A stretch of 64,000 nucleotides of DNA from Candidatus Niyogibacteria bacterium (GCA_016432485.1 CP066691.1:153294-217293), one strand, 5' to 3'. Counted from the stretch's first letter, positions 48,909 through 57,744 are shown. The notes: generated by a model from the sequence alone, not told the origin. Numbers and translations are program-made.

Positions 48909-48983
48909 TCAAAGAATCGTTTTGGCAAAATCCCAAAATTCGGGATGGTTTTGCTTGGTTTTAAGCCACCACCACCATTTCGC
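48909..48983 (-). pseudogene. Orphan alternative C-terminal tail of the adjacent glycoside hydrolase
   Basis: AKWWWWLKTKQNHPEFWDFAKTIL* vs resident AEWWFWLKIKHNTPEFWEYAEKLL. Confidence 0.8.
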
Positions 48984-49139
48984 AGCTCGCTCACCTCAAG
49001 GGATTCGCTCGTGCTCTCCAGAAACCTCTCGGTTTCTGGCGCCCCGCCCTTTTGGCATACCAAAAGGGCGGGGCTGTTTTCCTACACGGGGAAAACTACA
49101 GTTTTCCCCGACCCCCTTTCGTAATGGTGGTTCTGGCTT
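48963..49139 (-). mobile_element. ~177-bp multi-hairpin element with target-matching inverted ends
   Basis: 17/20 inverted ends (48963-48982 / 49120-49139); three internal hairpins; scaffold shared with 63917-63980. Confidence 0.7.
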
Positions 49140-51043
49140 TAAATATTATTTCGCGATAAAAGTTTCTCAGCATATTCCCAAAACTCCGGCGTATTGTGTT
49201 TAATTTTAAGCCAAAACCACCATTCCGCGCCCCATAAATAATATTCGTCAAAACCGCTGGCCTTGGCGTAATCAATCGTGTTTTTAAAAAAATCCAAATC
49301 AAAATATTTCAATTGCTCGTCAAGCGCTGTTTCGTAAAGTTGTTCGGGAAGCCACGGCTCGGCCGCAAGCTCTGAGACAATAAATTTTTTCTCATGCTCT
49401 CCGGTAAGCCGTCTTATTATTTTTTCTTTAAGTCCGAAAAACTCCGGCGGCAGATGATATTCAATAAAGCCGAGCGTATCATTATAAATCCTGCGATACA
49501 TTGTCGTTCCGAAAATATCTCCGCGTTTAACCGCCCCAAACCACAATCCCAATTCGCCGCTATCCGTAATTAAGACCGGGTGATTGGAATCCAGGGATTT
49601 GACCAGCGTTATTTCTTCATCCAGAAATTCTTTATCCAGCGGCGGACATTCGCCGAATTTTAAAAACGGCTCGTTTTCTACCTGCCAATATAAAAGCGCC
49701 GGATGATTTTTATAGCGATTTACGACGGCTTCGATATATTTAAGCAAGCTTTGAGCTTTTAGCTTTGAGCTTTTAGCTCGAGCCCATTCGGGCTCATGAC
49801 ATTCGGGCCAGCGCGGCAGTTTCCGGCCAACAGCCAAAATAACCCGCGCGCCGGAGAACGCGGCTTCATCCATTTGATAATCCAAATTTTGAAAATCAAA
49901 CTTGTCTTCCTCCCGTTCAATCATGTCCCAATAAGCGATGAGACGGATGCGCTTCGGCTTTAATTCTTTTATAATCGCGTCATAATTTTCGCGCCAATAA
50001 GCCCCCTCACCTACTTTGCCATCTTTTGAATTTGCGCTTTGCGCCACGGCAAAGTAGGTGTGGGGGTCAGACCCGAGCTTTTCGGAAAATTTTTGCGAGA
50101 ATGTAACGCCCCAGACAACTTCCCTTTGCGGGTCGGGCGCCCATCCGGCGCTCGCCCATGCGTCTGACTTGTAATATTCGCCGACGGCAAGCCACAAAAT
50201 GCCCAGGGTTATTACGACAAGAGCCGCTATTTTTCCGACAAGCGCCCACCCTCTAAAACGCTCGCGCAAAATCAGCCATCCGCCGAGAAAAATAAAAACA
50301 TATTTAAGATTGTAAGTTGAATCCACAAGCGGCGGAAGTCCAAGCAAAAGGGCATAGTATATCAAAACGGAGCCGCCTCCGGCATAGCTCCGATTCAGAA
50401 AATATGCCCACTTGCTTTTGAATTCGTCTTTACCTTTGGGTCTTAAGATTTTCCCGCGCAGCGCCGGAAGTAAAAGAAAGGCAAGAACCGTAAAAAGTCC
50501 CGCAAGTTTAATCCAGATGAAACCCGTAGCAAAATTGGTCATTTCAAACACGCTTTTGGTAAGCGTGTTTGAAAGTCCGAAAGAAAAAGCGGAGGCAAGC
50601 GCGAAAAGGCCGATTTTTAGGCGAAAAGGCGCGGATTCAACAAAAAATAAAATAAGTCCGCCGAAAATTAAAATAGAAAATCCGACAAACTGATGACTGC
50701 TTAATTCAATTCCTAAAATGAGCGAGCTGAAAATGTAAGTGAAAACCGGTGAAATCGCGCCTATTAAAATTACGGAGTTTGACGCTTCACCGTAAAAAAG
50801 AGCGTAAAAATAAAAAAGCATTGCCAAAATGAAAAAGATGCCGGCCAAAAAAGCAAGGCCGGCCTCAGACAAATTCAAAATTCTAAAACCAAACGGCAAA
50901 AAAACCAGTGAAAAAACTCCCAAAATCCCAAGCCAAAAAGTATAGCCGATGGGATTCGGATATGATTTTTTCAAAAGCAGTTTGTCTATTACGGCCGATG
51001 ACCCGTTCACAAACTGTGCTGCAATAGCAACCAAAAGCCACAT
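49139..51043 (-). CDS. EamA/DMT-like membrane domain fused to a clan-A-like glycoside hydrolase domain
   Basis: About 10 TMs in the N-terminal half; then WGVTFS, RWPECHEP, WQVENEP, VSELAAEPW, YLWGAEWW. Confidence 0.75.
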   Translation of the reverse strand: MWLLVAIAAQFVNGSSAVIDKLLLKKSYPNPIGYTFWLGILGVFSLVFLPFGFRILNLSEAGLAFLAGIFFILAMLFYFYALFYGEASNSVILIGAISPVFTYIFSSLILGIELSSHQFVGFSILIFGGLILFFVESAPFRLKIGLFALASAFSFGLSNTLTKSVFEMTNFATGFIWIKLAGLFTVLAFLLLPALRGKILRPKGKDEFKSKWAYFLNRSYAGGGSVLIYYALLLGLPPLVDSTYNLKYVFIFLGGWLILRERFRGWALVGKIAALVVITLGILWLAVGEYYKSDAWASAGWAPDPQREVVWGVTFSQKFSEKLGSDPHTYFAVAQSANSKDGKVGEGAYWRENYDAIIKELKPKRIRLIAYWDMIEREEDKFDFQNLDYQMDEAAFSGARVILAVGRKLPRWPECHEPEWARAKSSKLKAQSLLKYIEAVVNRYKNHPALLYWQVENEPFLKFGECPPLDKEFLDEEITLVKSLDSNHPVLITDSGELGLWFGAVKRGDIFGTTMYRRIYNDTLGFIEYHLPPEFFGLKEKIIRRLTGEHEKKFIVSELAAEPWLPEQLYETALDEQLKYFDLDFFKNTIDYAKASGFDEYYLWGAEWWFWLKIKHNTPEFWEYAEKLLSRNNI

Positions 51044-51159
51044 GGATTGATTATATCCCAAACACGCCTTATTTTAAGCCTCATTACCAATGCCTTGACA
51101 TTGACTCTAAAATTACTATAATAGAGCATAGAAAACCGAATTTAATAAGGAGAGAAGAA

Positions 51160-51750
51160 GTGGATGAAGTGTTTCGTTCAAGATTTTCTGTTTTGGATAT
51201 TAACATTGAGAGCATGAGCCAGGAACTAAAAGATGAGGGCTTCGTTAGCAACATATTAGAACACGCTAGAGGGGTCTATCTTGGGTTTTTGGGGAGCACA
51301 GACAGATTTGAAGAAGAACACGACGTCGGACTTTTAAGAATCTCAAATGGATATACTATGTGTTTTGGCAATGACGAAGCGGATTTGTGGCTGTGGATAA
51401 TTTTCTATGAACACCACAACGACCCGCTCATAGAGCTCGCCGCGAGAGCACACGAAGAAACTCATGCATTGCATGGAATGGGTAAAATAAGTTTATTACA
51501 AGAAAAACTCGCCGACACAGGAGTAAATATCAGCTTTGACGAGTTAAAAGACTTTTGGGGCTGTACTCCGCCACAAAGAGAGCTCATTGCAATTATCGGT
51601 TCGTTGTTTGTCTTACAGGAAAATGGATATGATGTGGACGAAGCAATTCGCAGACTAAAATCTACTAATCCGTTTTATCCCTTTGAACAGGCCCTGCTTC
51701 TTTACAAGGCCGGGACTAAAAACCACATTGCTCTAGTCACAATACAGTGA
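51160..51750 (+). CDS. Hypothetical protein with an HExxH motif
   Basis: AHEETHALH; TTGACA/TATAAT promoter upstream (51095-51122) and AGGAG SD. Confidence 0.7.
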   Translation: MDEVFRSRFSVLDINIESMSQELKDEGFVSNILEHARGVYLGFLGSTDRFEEEHDVGLLRISNGYTMCFGNDEADLWLWIIFYEHHNDPLIELAARAHEETHALHGMGKISLLQEKLADTGVNISFDELKDFWGCTPPQRELIAIIGSLFVLQENGYDVDEAIRRLKSTNPFYPFEQALLLYKAGTKNHIALVTIQ

Positions 51751-51754
51751 GTAT

Positions 51755-51809
51755 TTCCGGCAAGCGCCTTAACAATTTCTTCTCCCGAAATTATAGGCAG
51801 ACGCGCCAT
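51755..51809 (-). pseudogene. 5' remnant of a HicA-family toxin gene
   Basis: MARLPIISGEEIVKALA starts 3 nt after the hicB-like stop; similarity is lost where the convergent 51160-51750 gene ends. Confidence 0.6.
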
Positions 51810-51812
51810 GAA

Positions 51813-52026
51813 CTAAAGGGTGATTGTGTGCAAGCTTAGTTCTTTGGGACGATAGGACTCAAGAACTTCCCTGCTTTTTCTTTCTTCAAGTATTAAAGCA
51901 ATAACCTTGCGTATATTTTTCAGGGCTTCGTCTAAATTTTTGCCCTGAGTGTAACACCCCTCAAAAATAGGACATTCAACGACATAAAATCCATCTTCGT
52001 CTTTTTCAACTGCTATAATAGAGAAA
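51813..52026 (-). pseudogene. HicB-family antitoxin, 5'-truncated
   Basis: VEKDEDGFYVVECPIFEGCYTQGKNLDEALKNI; no plausible start codon before the 85-bp repeat. Confidence 0.65.
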
Positions 52027-52055
52027 AGGTACGAAGAAGAATAGAAAGATCGCGA

Positions 52056-52140
52056 GGCGCGAGCACACCAAGTGTGCCGCGCCTCTTTTTTATTTATTTT
52101 TATTTTCTTCACGCAAAGGCGTCGCCTTTGCAAGTACTAT
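52056..52140 (+). repeat. 85-bp direct repeat, copy 1 (terminator plus second hairpin)
   Basis: 84/85 identical to 53067-53151. Confidence 0.92.
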
Positions 52141-52296
52141 TGACAAATGGCATAATCTTGTGCTATAATGGAGGATGTAAAATAGCGCTCTTTAAGAATA
52201 TAAAAATTGAGTTCGGCGCGGGGTTTTGGGCGTACTTTTTGCGCCTAAAATCCTGCGAAACCGAATTCAAACCCAGCAGGCATAAGGAGAAGCCGG

Positions 52297-53043
52297 ATGC
52301 CGAATTGTTTAGAGGTGGTATATGAAGAAGGCGGCAACCAAGCAGTCCCGTCGTATTCCAGAAAAAGTCCGCGATTTAGAGAACGCCTGGAAAACGAGGT
52401 TGGAAGAATATACGACCCCGGAAACGGGTGGGTATATTACTATCAGCTCGCAAAACTCCTGCTCGTTCTAGGCGACAGCAGGGAAACAGAAATTGATGTT
52501 GCGCCGTTCTTTCGTGAAAATTGGGGCAAAATAACAAAAAATAGGGTTGCGGCAATAGAAGAATCCATGCCCAAAAAAGTAACCCTTGACAAAAACCGTC
52601 GGCTCAAAGATGAAACTCTGAACGAGTGGCTTTTGCGGGCAAAGAAGTTCGACTCTCCTGCCGCGAGAAAGGAAAGGAAAAGAAAACAGAAGGAAGAAGA
52701 CGAAAAAAAAGAAAAACGCATACGAGAACGAGAAGCTTCCGATCTCGGGCTTCCGAAAACCGCGAGCTGGGAGGAAATCCACCAGGCCGAAGAAGTGAAA
52801 TACCAAGAAGAACTGCGGAAAAAACAAAATGAGCTTGAGGAGCGCCGTAAAAACGCTCTGAAGCTCTCGTTCCAGCTAGGCCAAAACCCGAAAGACGGCC
52901 TTGACGAGTGGAAAACTCGTCACCGAGGCGCCTTATACGTGCTTCGGCGAGAAGACGACTACAGTCCCACCGAGGGCGAGGTACCGGTTGAGAAAATCCG
53001 CGACCTCGTGTCAGATCGAATACTGCTCGTGAAACGAATCTAA
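52297..53043 (+). CDS. Hypothetical protein with a charged coiled-coil region
   Basis: 248-aa ORF; TTGACA/TATAAT promoter at about 52140-52169; AAGGAG SD; terminator downstream. Confidence 0.75.
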   Translation: MPNCLEVVYEEGGNQAVPSYSRKSPRFRERLENEVGRIYDPGNGWVYYYQLAKLLLVLGDSRETEIDVAPFFRENWGKITKNRVAAIEESMPKKVTLDKNRRLKDETLNEWLLRAKKFDSPAARKERKRKQKEEDEKKEKRIREREASDLGLPKTASWEEIHQAEEVKYQEELRKKQNELEERRKNALKLSFQLGQNPKDGLDEWKTRHRGALYVLRREDDYSPTEGEVPVEKIRDLVSDRILLVKRI

Positions 53044-53066
53044 CCCGCGAGCAAGCAACGCCGAGG

Positions 53067-53151
53067 GGCGCGAGCACACCAAGTGTGCCGCGCCTCTTTT
53101 TTATTTATTTTTATTTTCTTCACGCAAAGGCGTCGCCTTTGCAAGTGCTAT
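53067..53151 (+). repeat. 85-bp direct repeat, copy 2
   Basis: 84/85 identical to 52056-52140. Confidence 0.92.
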
Positions 53152-53247
53152 CCTCCCTAAATCCCACGATCGTTGAAATCAGAGAGGATGAAAAACTTTG
53201 CTAAATTACAAAATAGTTTTTATCCTGAAATTCTGAAAAAATCACCC

Positions 53248-53283
53248 ATAATCTAATACAAGCGACCGCTTGTATTAGATTAT
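53248..53283. repeat. Perfect 17-bp inverted repeat at the end of the ROK gene
   Basis: ATAATCTAATACAAGCG-AC-CGCTTGTATTAGATTAT. Confidence 0.85.
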
Positions 53284-54035
53284 TACTTAAAAAGCAGGGC
53301 GGCGCCTAGAGAGGCGGCGTGGTTGCCGAGGCGGGATTTTAATATTTTGGCTTTAATGCCGTTTTTTGTGAGTTCCTTTTTTAATTTTGAGATGAAATTT
53401 TTCCTTTTCATTATCACTCCCCCGCCTATAATTATTGCCCGCGGTTTATATGGCTTGATGAGTTTTGCCAAATTCTTGCCTAAAAATTCGGCTAGTTTCA
53501 TATCGTCTTTTCTATCTCTAATTTTTTGATACTCACCCTCCCAACGCTCCGGATATTCAAATTTTTTGATTTTTAAAATTTTTCCGTTTCTGCCGGAGGC
53601 CCGGCCGATTCCCGTGCCAATGGTCAGAAAAAAAAGGTTTTTAAATCCGCGCCCGAAACCTAACAAATATTCCCCTCTGGCAAAACAGCGCGCGTCGTTA
53701 TCAAGTTTTAATTGAATTCCCGTCGGGATTATTTTTTGAAAATTAAAATTTTTAACCGCGGGGATATTGGGGCTAAAACGTAAAACCGCGCCGTTAACCA
53801 CTCCGGCTGTCCCGATGCCGATGCCCGATATTTTTTCGGCGCGCGCCAGAAACTTTACCGTTATACGCAGGACTTTTCCAAAATCCACCAGATTTTGCGG
53901 TGTTTTTACCTCGCGCTTTCTGATTATTTTTCCATCCCTATACAAAATCCCGCGAATATTCGTCCCGCCGATATCCAGACCGATTATTCGCGGCGGTTTG
54001 CGCGTTGAATTGCTTTTTTTTACTATTTCAATCAA
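53283..54035 (-). CDS. ROK-family sugar kinase-like protein (compact)
   Basis: GLDIGGTNIR, LDNDARC, TIGTGIG, IIGGG, LGAA. Confidence 0.85.
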   Translation of the reverse strand: MIEIVKKSNSTRKPPRIIGLDIGGTNIRGILYRDGKIIRKREVKTPQNLVDFGKVLRITVKFLARAEKISGIGIGTAGVVNGAVLRFSPNIPAVKNFNFQKIIPTGIQLKLDNDARCFARGEYLLGFGRGFKNLFFLTIGTGIGRASGRNGKILKIKKFEYPERWEGEYQKIRDRKDDMKLAEFLGKNLAKLIKPYKPRAIIIGGGVIMKRKNFISKLKKELTKNGIKAKILKSRLGNHAASLGAALLFK

Positions 54036-54595
54036 AAAATAATAATGCTAACCACCGTAAAATAAACAAGCAGACTTATTAAATCCTGAATGATGGTTGC
54101 CACGGGCCCCGAGCCCAAAGCCGGATCAGAATGTCTTTTGTATAAAACGCTTGGAATAATCACGGCCAAAATCGGAGCCAGCGAAAGATTGATCAAAAAG
54201 GTCAGTCCTATGACAAATCCAATCGCGGAAGATTTAAGCCAATACGCGGCAAAAACCGCTAAAATCAAGCCGAAAATAATGCCGAGGCCGACGCCGACTA
54301 CGCTTTCTTTAAAAATGTAAGTCCAGAAACGGGTTTTTTTGAACGTAAGCGCCCGCACATAAATAGTTTCGGTCTGCGTGCCCACGGCATCGCTTAGATA
54401 CACGATAACCGGAATGAAAAAAGCGAGCCTTACATCGGCCGAAAGAATGGCTTCGTATTTAGAAATAATCAGCGTGGCAAGAATTCCGCCCAAAAGCCCG
54501 ACAAAAAGCCATGGAACACGGCGTTCAATCAAATGCTCTACGGATTCTTTGGTGTCGTCTTCGGCCACATACTCTTTTTTTGGCTGTATCTCCAT
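54032..54595 (-). CDS. MgtE membrane-domain-only magnesium transporter
   Basis: RRVPWL, LAFFIP, GTQT, DPALGSGPVATIIQD. Confidence 0.85.
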   Translation of the reverse strand: MEIQPKKEYVAEDDTKESVEHLIERRVPWLFVGLLGGILATLIISKYEAILSADVRLAFFIPVIVYLSDAVGTQTETIYVRALTFKKTRFWTYIFKESVVGVGLGIIFGLILAVFAAYWLKSSAIGFVIGLTFLINLSLAPILAVIIPSVLYKRHSDPALGSGPVATIIQDLISLLVYFTVVSIIIF

Positions 54596-54613
54596 ACGTT
54601 AAATATACCATAT

Positions 54614-55117
54614 TCAATGCCGGATAATTATTATCTGGCGCAAAACCATGTCTTCAGGTTTGGTTATGGAGACGCCAGGAAAATCAAACCAGACGCGAAG
54701 GAAATCATCGCGCGAAACCGCGCGCGGGCCGCCGATCTCAGGGTCCTGCAGATAAATTTTATCGGCATCTAATCCCACAACCACGGAGTAATGCCCGTCA
54801 GGCATCTCGGAATCCGGATAATCCCTGCGGCCGGGCGTGAACCAATCCACGATAACCGGAACTTTTTTTTCCAACCATGATTTAATTTCAAAAAAATCAG
54901 ATTCATTTTTTACCTCGGCATCAAAACCGTATTTACGCGCAACCTCAGCCATAGTTTCGGAGGAAACCCCTAATTTCGAATCACGACCACAAGCTTCAGC
55001 AAGCTCAATCTCACTTTTTTCAAGGCCGTAATAATTAAAAACCATCTTCAAACTGGCCGGACCGCAATACCCGCCGCCGAGAGTTTCTTGAAACGGCTTT
55101 ACCGGAAGAAGTTCCAT
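54614..55117 (-). CDS. C39-like cysteine peptidase
   Basis: Q..YCGPASL.MV, GHYSVVVG, QDP. Confidence 0.85.
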   Translation of the reverse strand: MELLPVKPFQETLGGGYCGPASLKMVFNYYGLEKSEIELAEACGRDSKLGVSSETMAEVARKYGFDAEVKNESDFFEIKSWLEKKVPVIVDWFTPGRRDYPDSEMPDGHYSVVVGLDADKIYLQDPEIGGPRAVSRDDFLRVWFDFPGVSITKPEDMVLRQIIIIRH

Positions 55118-55161
55118 ATTTTATCCATTCTAATATCTTGCCCGCCTTCCGGCAAGCAAAA

Positions 55162-55689
55162 TCACAAAATAGATGATTGATAAAAAATCTTCACCAATTT
55201 CGGTAAATCGCCTTTTGTTTTTTCGCCGTTAGAAATGCGTTCAAAAAGCGCCTTCGGCGTCAGCCAAAAATATTCCGTAAAATCATTTTTGTTGTAGTTC
55301 GGCGTTTCGTCCATTTTAATTTCATATACTTTCATATATGCCGAAACTCCGTCTTTTCGCGGAGTTAAATGTCCCAGTAAATGGATAACGGCCTTATCAA
55401 CGTCAATATTCAGTTCCTCCCGCAATTCGCGTTTAAACGCGTCCTCGTAGCTCTCCCCGCTTTCAACATGTCCGCCCATGCTCATATCCAAACACAAAGG
55501 ATAGATTCTTTTATCGGCGGCGCGCCGAGGTATCCATATTTCCCCTTTTGAATTTACAATAAAAACATTCACCACTCGGAAATTTGAAAGACCATCGGCG
55601 TAGACTTCCGAACGTTTCTTTTTGCCGACAACATTATCGTTTTCGTCAACAAGGTCCAAATATTCGTCTAAAGTGTGTTCAAGGGTCAT
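55162..55689 (-). CDS. NUDIX hydrolase (IDI/YfcD-like)
   Basis: LDLVDEND, GGHVESGESYEDAFKRELREELNI. Confidence 0.88.
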   Translation of the reverse strand: MTLEHTLDEYLDLVDENDNVVGKKKRSEVYADGLSNFRVVNVFIVNSKGEIWIPRRAADKRIYPLCLDMSMGGHVESGESYEDAFKRELREELNIDVDKAVIHLLGHLTPRKDGVSAYMKVYEIKMDETPNYNKNDFTEYFWLTPKALFERISNGEKTKGDLPKLVKIFYQSSIL

Positions 55690-55711
55690 AAAAGTATTCC
55701 GCGCCTTCAAA

Positions 55712-55879
55712 TCATCTTCTTTTTGGTTTCCAGTCGGCGATTATTATCTTTTTGCCTTGGCGGGTGATAACGAGTTTTTGTTTTTCGCGAATTTTCAATT
55801 CATCGGCAATTTCCGCAGGAATCACGACCGACAAACTCCGCTTCCCGACCCTCGTCACCTTTCTGACATATTTTTTCAT
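55712..55879 (-). CDS. 55-aa AbrB/MazE/SpoVT-family DNA-binding protein
   Basis: Hand-translated MKKYVRKVTRVGKRSLSVVIPAEIADELKIREKQKLVITRQGKKIIIADWKPKRR. Confidence 0.85.
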   Translation of the reverse strand: MKKYVRKVTRVGKRSLSVVIPAEIADELKIREKQKLVITRQGKKIIIADWKPKRR

Positions 55880-55919
55880 ATCCTTATTATGCTACGCAGC
55901 ATATTACGCAGCAAGGTTT
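55873..55919 (-). promoter_or_regulatory. 47-bp promoter/operator, copy 1 (TTGCTG-17-CATAAT, tandem TGCTGCGTA, near-leaderless ATG)
   Basis: 44/47 identical to 57575-57621. Confidence 0.8.
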
Positions 55920-56020
55920 ATGCGACATACTAGCAAAAATTTTTTCTAGTTCCCGCAAATAGTAATTTTCATATTTTTATTTTAATACTTTGATGCCCCT
56001 CGGGCTGCAAATTTATATTT

Positions 56021-56563
56021 CTATAATACATACTCCCAGCCTGGTTTCCAGGATTTTGTTTTTCGCCAATCTTCGGCGAACGCCTCATCCCATGTTTTAT
56101 TTTTAAGCAAAACTTCAAGGGCAAGCTGCGGGGCTTTATGCGAAACTAAGGCGACGCTTTTGCCGTCGTAATTTTGTTTTAAAAATTCAAGAAAATCGGC
56201 AACGCGCGTTTTTACATCCTCGTAGCTTTCGCCATCGGGAAATTTTTCGATTATCATTTTTTCTTGCATCGGCTCGACAATTTCAGACGAGTGGCCGTTA
56301 AACTTGCCGTAATTGCACTCGCGCAATCTTTGGTCGGGGATAATTGGCGCCACTCCTTCAAAAACTAGTTTTGCGGAGTCAACTGCTCGTCTCAGGTCGG
56401 AGCAAAAGACAACATCAAATTTTTTGTCTTTGATTTGGTTTTTTAATTCAATGGATTGTTTTACACCAAGCTCCGAAAGTCCGACGTCAGACCACCCGGA
56501 CGAGATTCCTTTCTCGTTATCCGTAGTCGTTCCGTGTACGAAATAAGTTATTTTGATTGGCAT
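56021..56563 (-). CDS. Histidine phosphatase superfamily protein
   Basis: FVHGTT (variant RHG), SDLRRA, LRECNYG, GESY, VSH. Confidence 0.88.
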   Translation of the reverse strand: MPIKITYFVHGTTTDNEKGISSGWSDVGLSELGVKQSIELKNQIKDKKFDVVFCSDLRRAVDSAKLVFEGVAPIIPDQRLRECNYGKFNGHSSEIVEPMQEKMIIEKFPDGESYEDVKTRVADFLEFLKQNYDGKSVALVSHKAPQLALEVLLKNKTWDEAFAEDWRKTKSWKPGWEYVL

Positions 56564-57000
56564 TATTTATTAAACTCAATATATTCTTTAACCCCCCTCA
56601 GCCAGCCTCCTTTGAAAAATTCTTCGGGTTTAAAATTGTTTGGGTCAACCCAAAGCAATTCCGAGTGTCTTTCCGAAGTTTTGACTTCGCCACTTTTCAA
56701 TTCACTCTCATAACCGATGGCAAATATTCTAACGGTGGGATTGCCCGGCGCATGTTCGACTCTTTCATGCCTCATAAAAATGATCGGCTCGCCGATAGTG
56801 TATTTGATGTCTTTACCCAGCTCCTCCGTCATTTTGCGTTCGATAATTTCATCCAAAGGTGTTTCGAACTCGTCTTTTTTGATTCGTCCTCCGGGCAAAT
56901 CCCAGTCGCCAAAGCTATCTTTAAGTATTAAAAGTTTGCCGTCTTTTTTCAAAAAAACTTTTACCGCCACAAAATATTTTTCTTTTTCTTCTGTATCCAT
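56563..57000 (-). CDS. NUDIX hydrolase
   Basis: WDLPGGRI..ERKMTEELG; SERH. Confidence 0.85.
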   Translation of the reverse strand: MDTEEKEKYFVAVKVFLKKDGKLLILKDSFGDWDLPGGRIKKDEFETPLDEIIERKMTEELGKDIKYTIGEPIIFMRHERVEHAPGNPTVRIFAIGYESELKSGEVKTSERHSELLWVDPNNFKPEEFFKGGWLRGVKEYIEFNK

Positions 57001-57011
57001 GTTCCGAAAAA

Positions 57012-57581
57012 TTACTTTGATAAATCCTCAATGGTTTGGATCACCTCGGGAAGTTCTAGACAGGGTTTTTCGCCTTCAATCGCGCCGGAAAAATGGCCCA
57101 TTTTGTGTTTGATTATGATTTTCGCGCCGAGTTTTTCTTTGAGAATGTCTGCGTATTTCAAATCAACATGCGGATCGTTGTCGGAATGAATCACCACAAA
57201 GCCGTTTTTAGAGTTTGATTTTACTTTTTCAAAATCAATCGGCGTCTCAAAAAAGTTTTTGATTTCGTCGTAACCCAAATCCTCGGTAAATCCGGCGACA
57301 AAGACCACGCCGCCCACTCTTTGGTTTTCGCGCAAAGTTTCCAAATAGCGCATTATTGTAACACATCCGACGCTGTGGCCTATGAGAAATAGGTTTTCGT
57401 CAGGTTGCCCTATTTCTTCAGAAAGGAACGGGACCCACGCGTTTTGCTTTGGGTGTTCGGTGTCGGGGAACGCCGGAATTTTCACTTCAAATCCTTTGGA
57501 TTCAAGTTCTTTTTTTACTGACGGATACCAGCAATAGTCTGGTGTCCCCTCCCAACAATGGACTATAATTACTCTTTTCAT
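57012..57581 (-). CDS. RBBP9/YdeN-family alpha/beta hydrolase
   Basis: IIVH, GHSVG nucleophile elbow, HSDND, GHF. Confidence 0.9.
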   Translation of the reverse strand: MKRVIIVHCWEGTPDYCWYPSVKKELESKGFEVKIPAFPDTEHPKQNAWVPFLSEEIGQPDENLFLIGHSVGCVTIMRYLETLRENQRVGGVVFVAGFTEDLGYDEIKNFFETPIDFEKVKSNSKNGFVVIHSDNDPHVDLKYADILKEKLGAKIIIKHKMGHFSGAIEGEKPCLELPEVIQTIEDLSK

Positions 57582-57621
57582 ATCCTTATTATGTTACGCA
57601 GCACATTACGCAGCAGGGTTT
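57575..57621 (-). promoter_or_regulatory. 47-bp promoter/operator, copy 2
   Basis: 44/47 identical to 55873-55919. Confidence 0.8.
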
Positions 57622-57744
57622 TGCTTTATTAATCAGCCTCGTCAACAGCCTTAATCCATTCTAGTATTTTGCAAAATTACAAAATTATTTTATTTTAGCG
57701 CTTTGATCCGAAAAAACTACATAAGCAAGAGCTGTTTTACGACT

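Noticed and set aside
48909-49230. Diversity-generating retroelement TR/VR pair
   Set aside because: Differences between the two tails are not adenine-specific and look like ordinary orthologue divergence; no reverse transcriptase is in the window.
57591-57619. Resemblance of ATGTTACGCAGCA..CAGCAGGG to the class 1 integron attI1 region
   Set aside because: Short match only, with no GTTRRRY crossover context and no intI; better explained as a promoter/operator.
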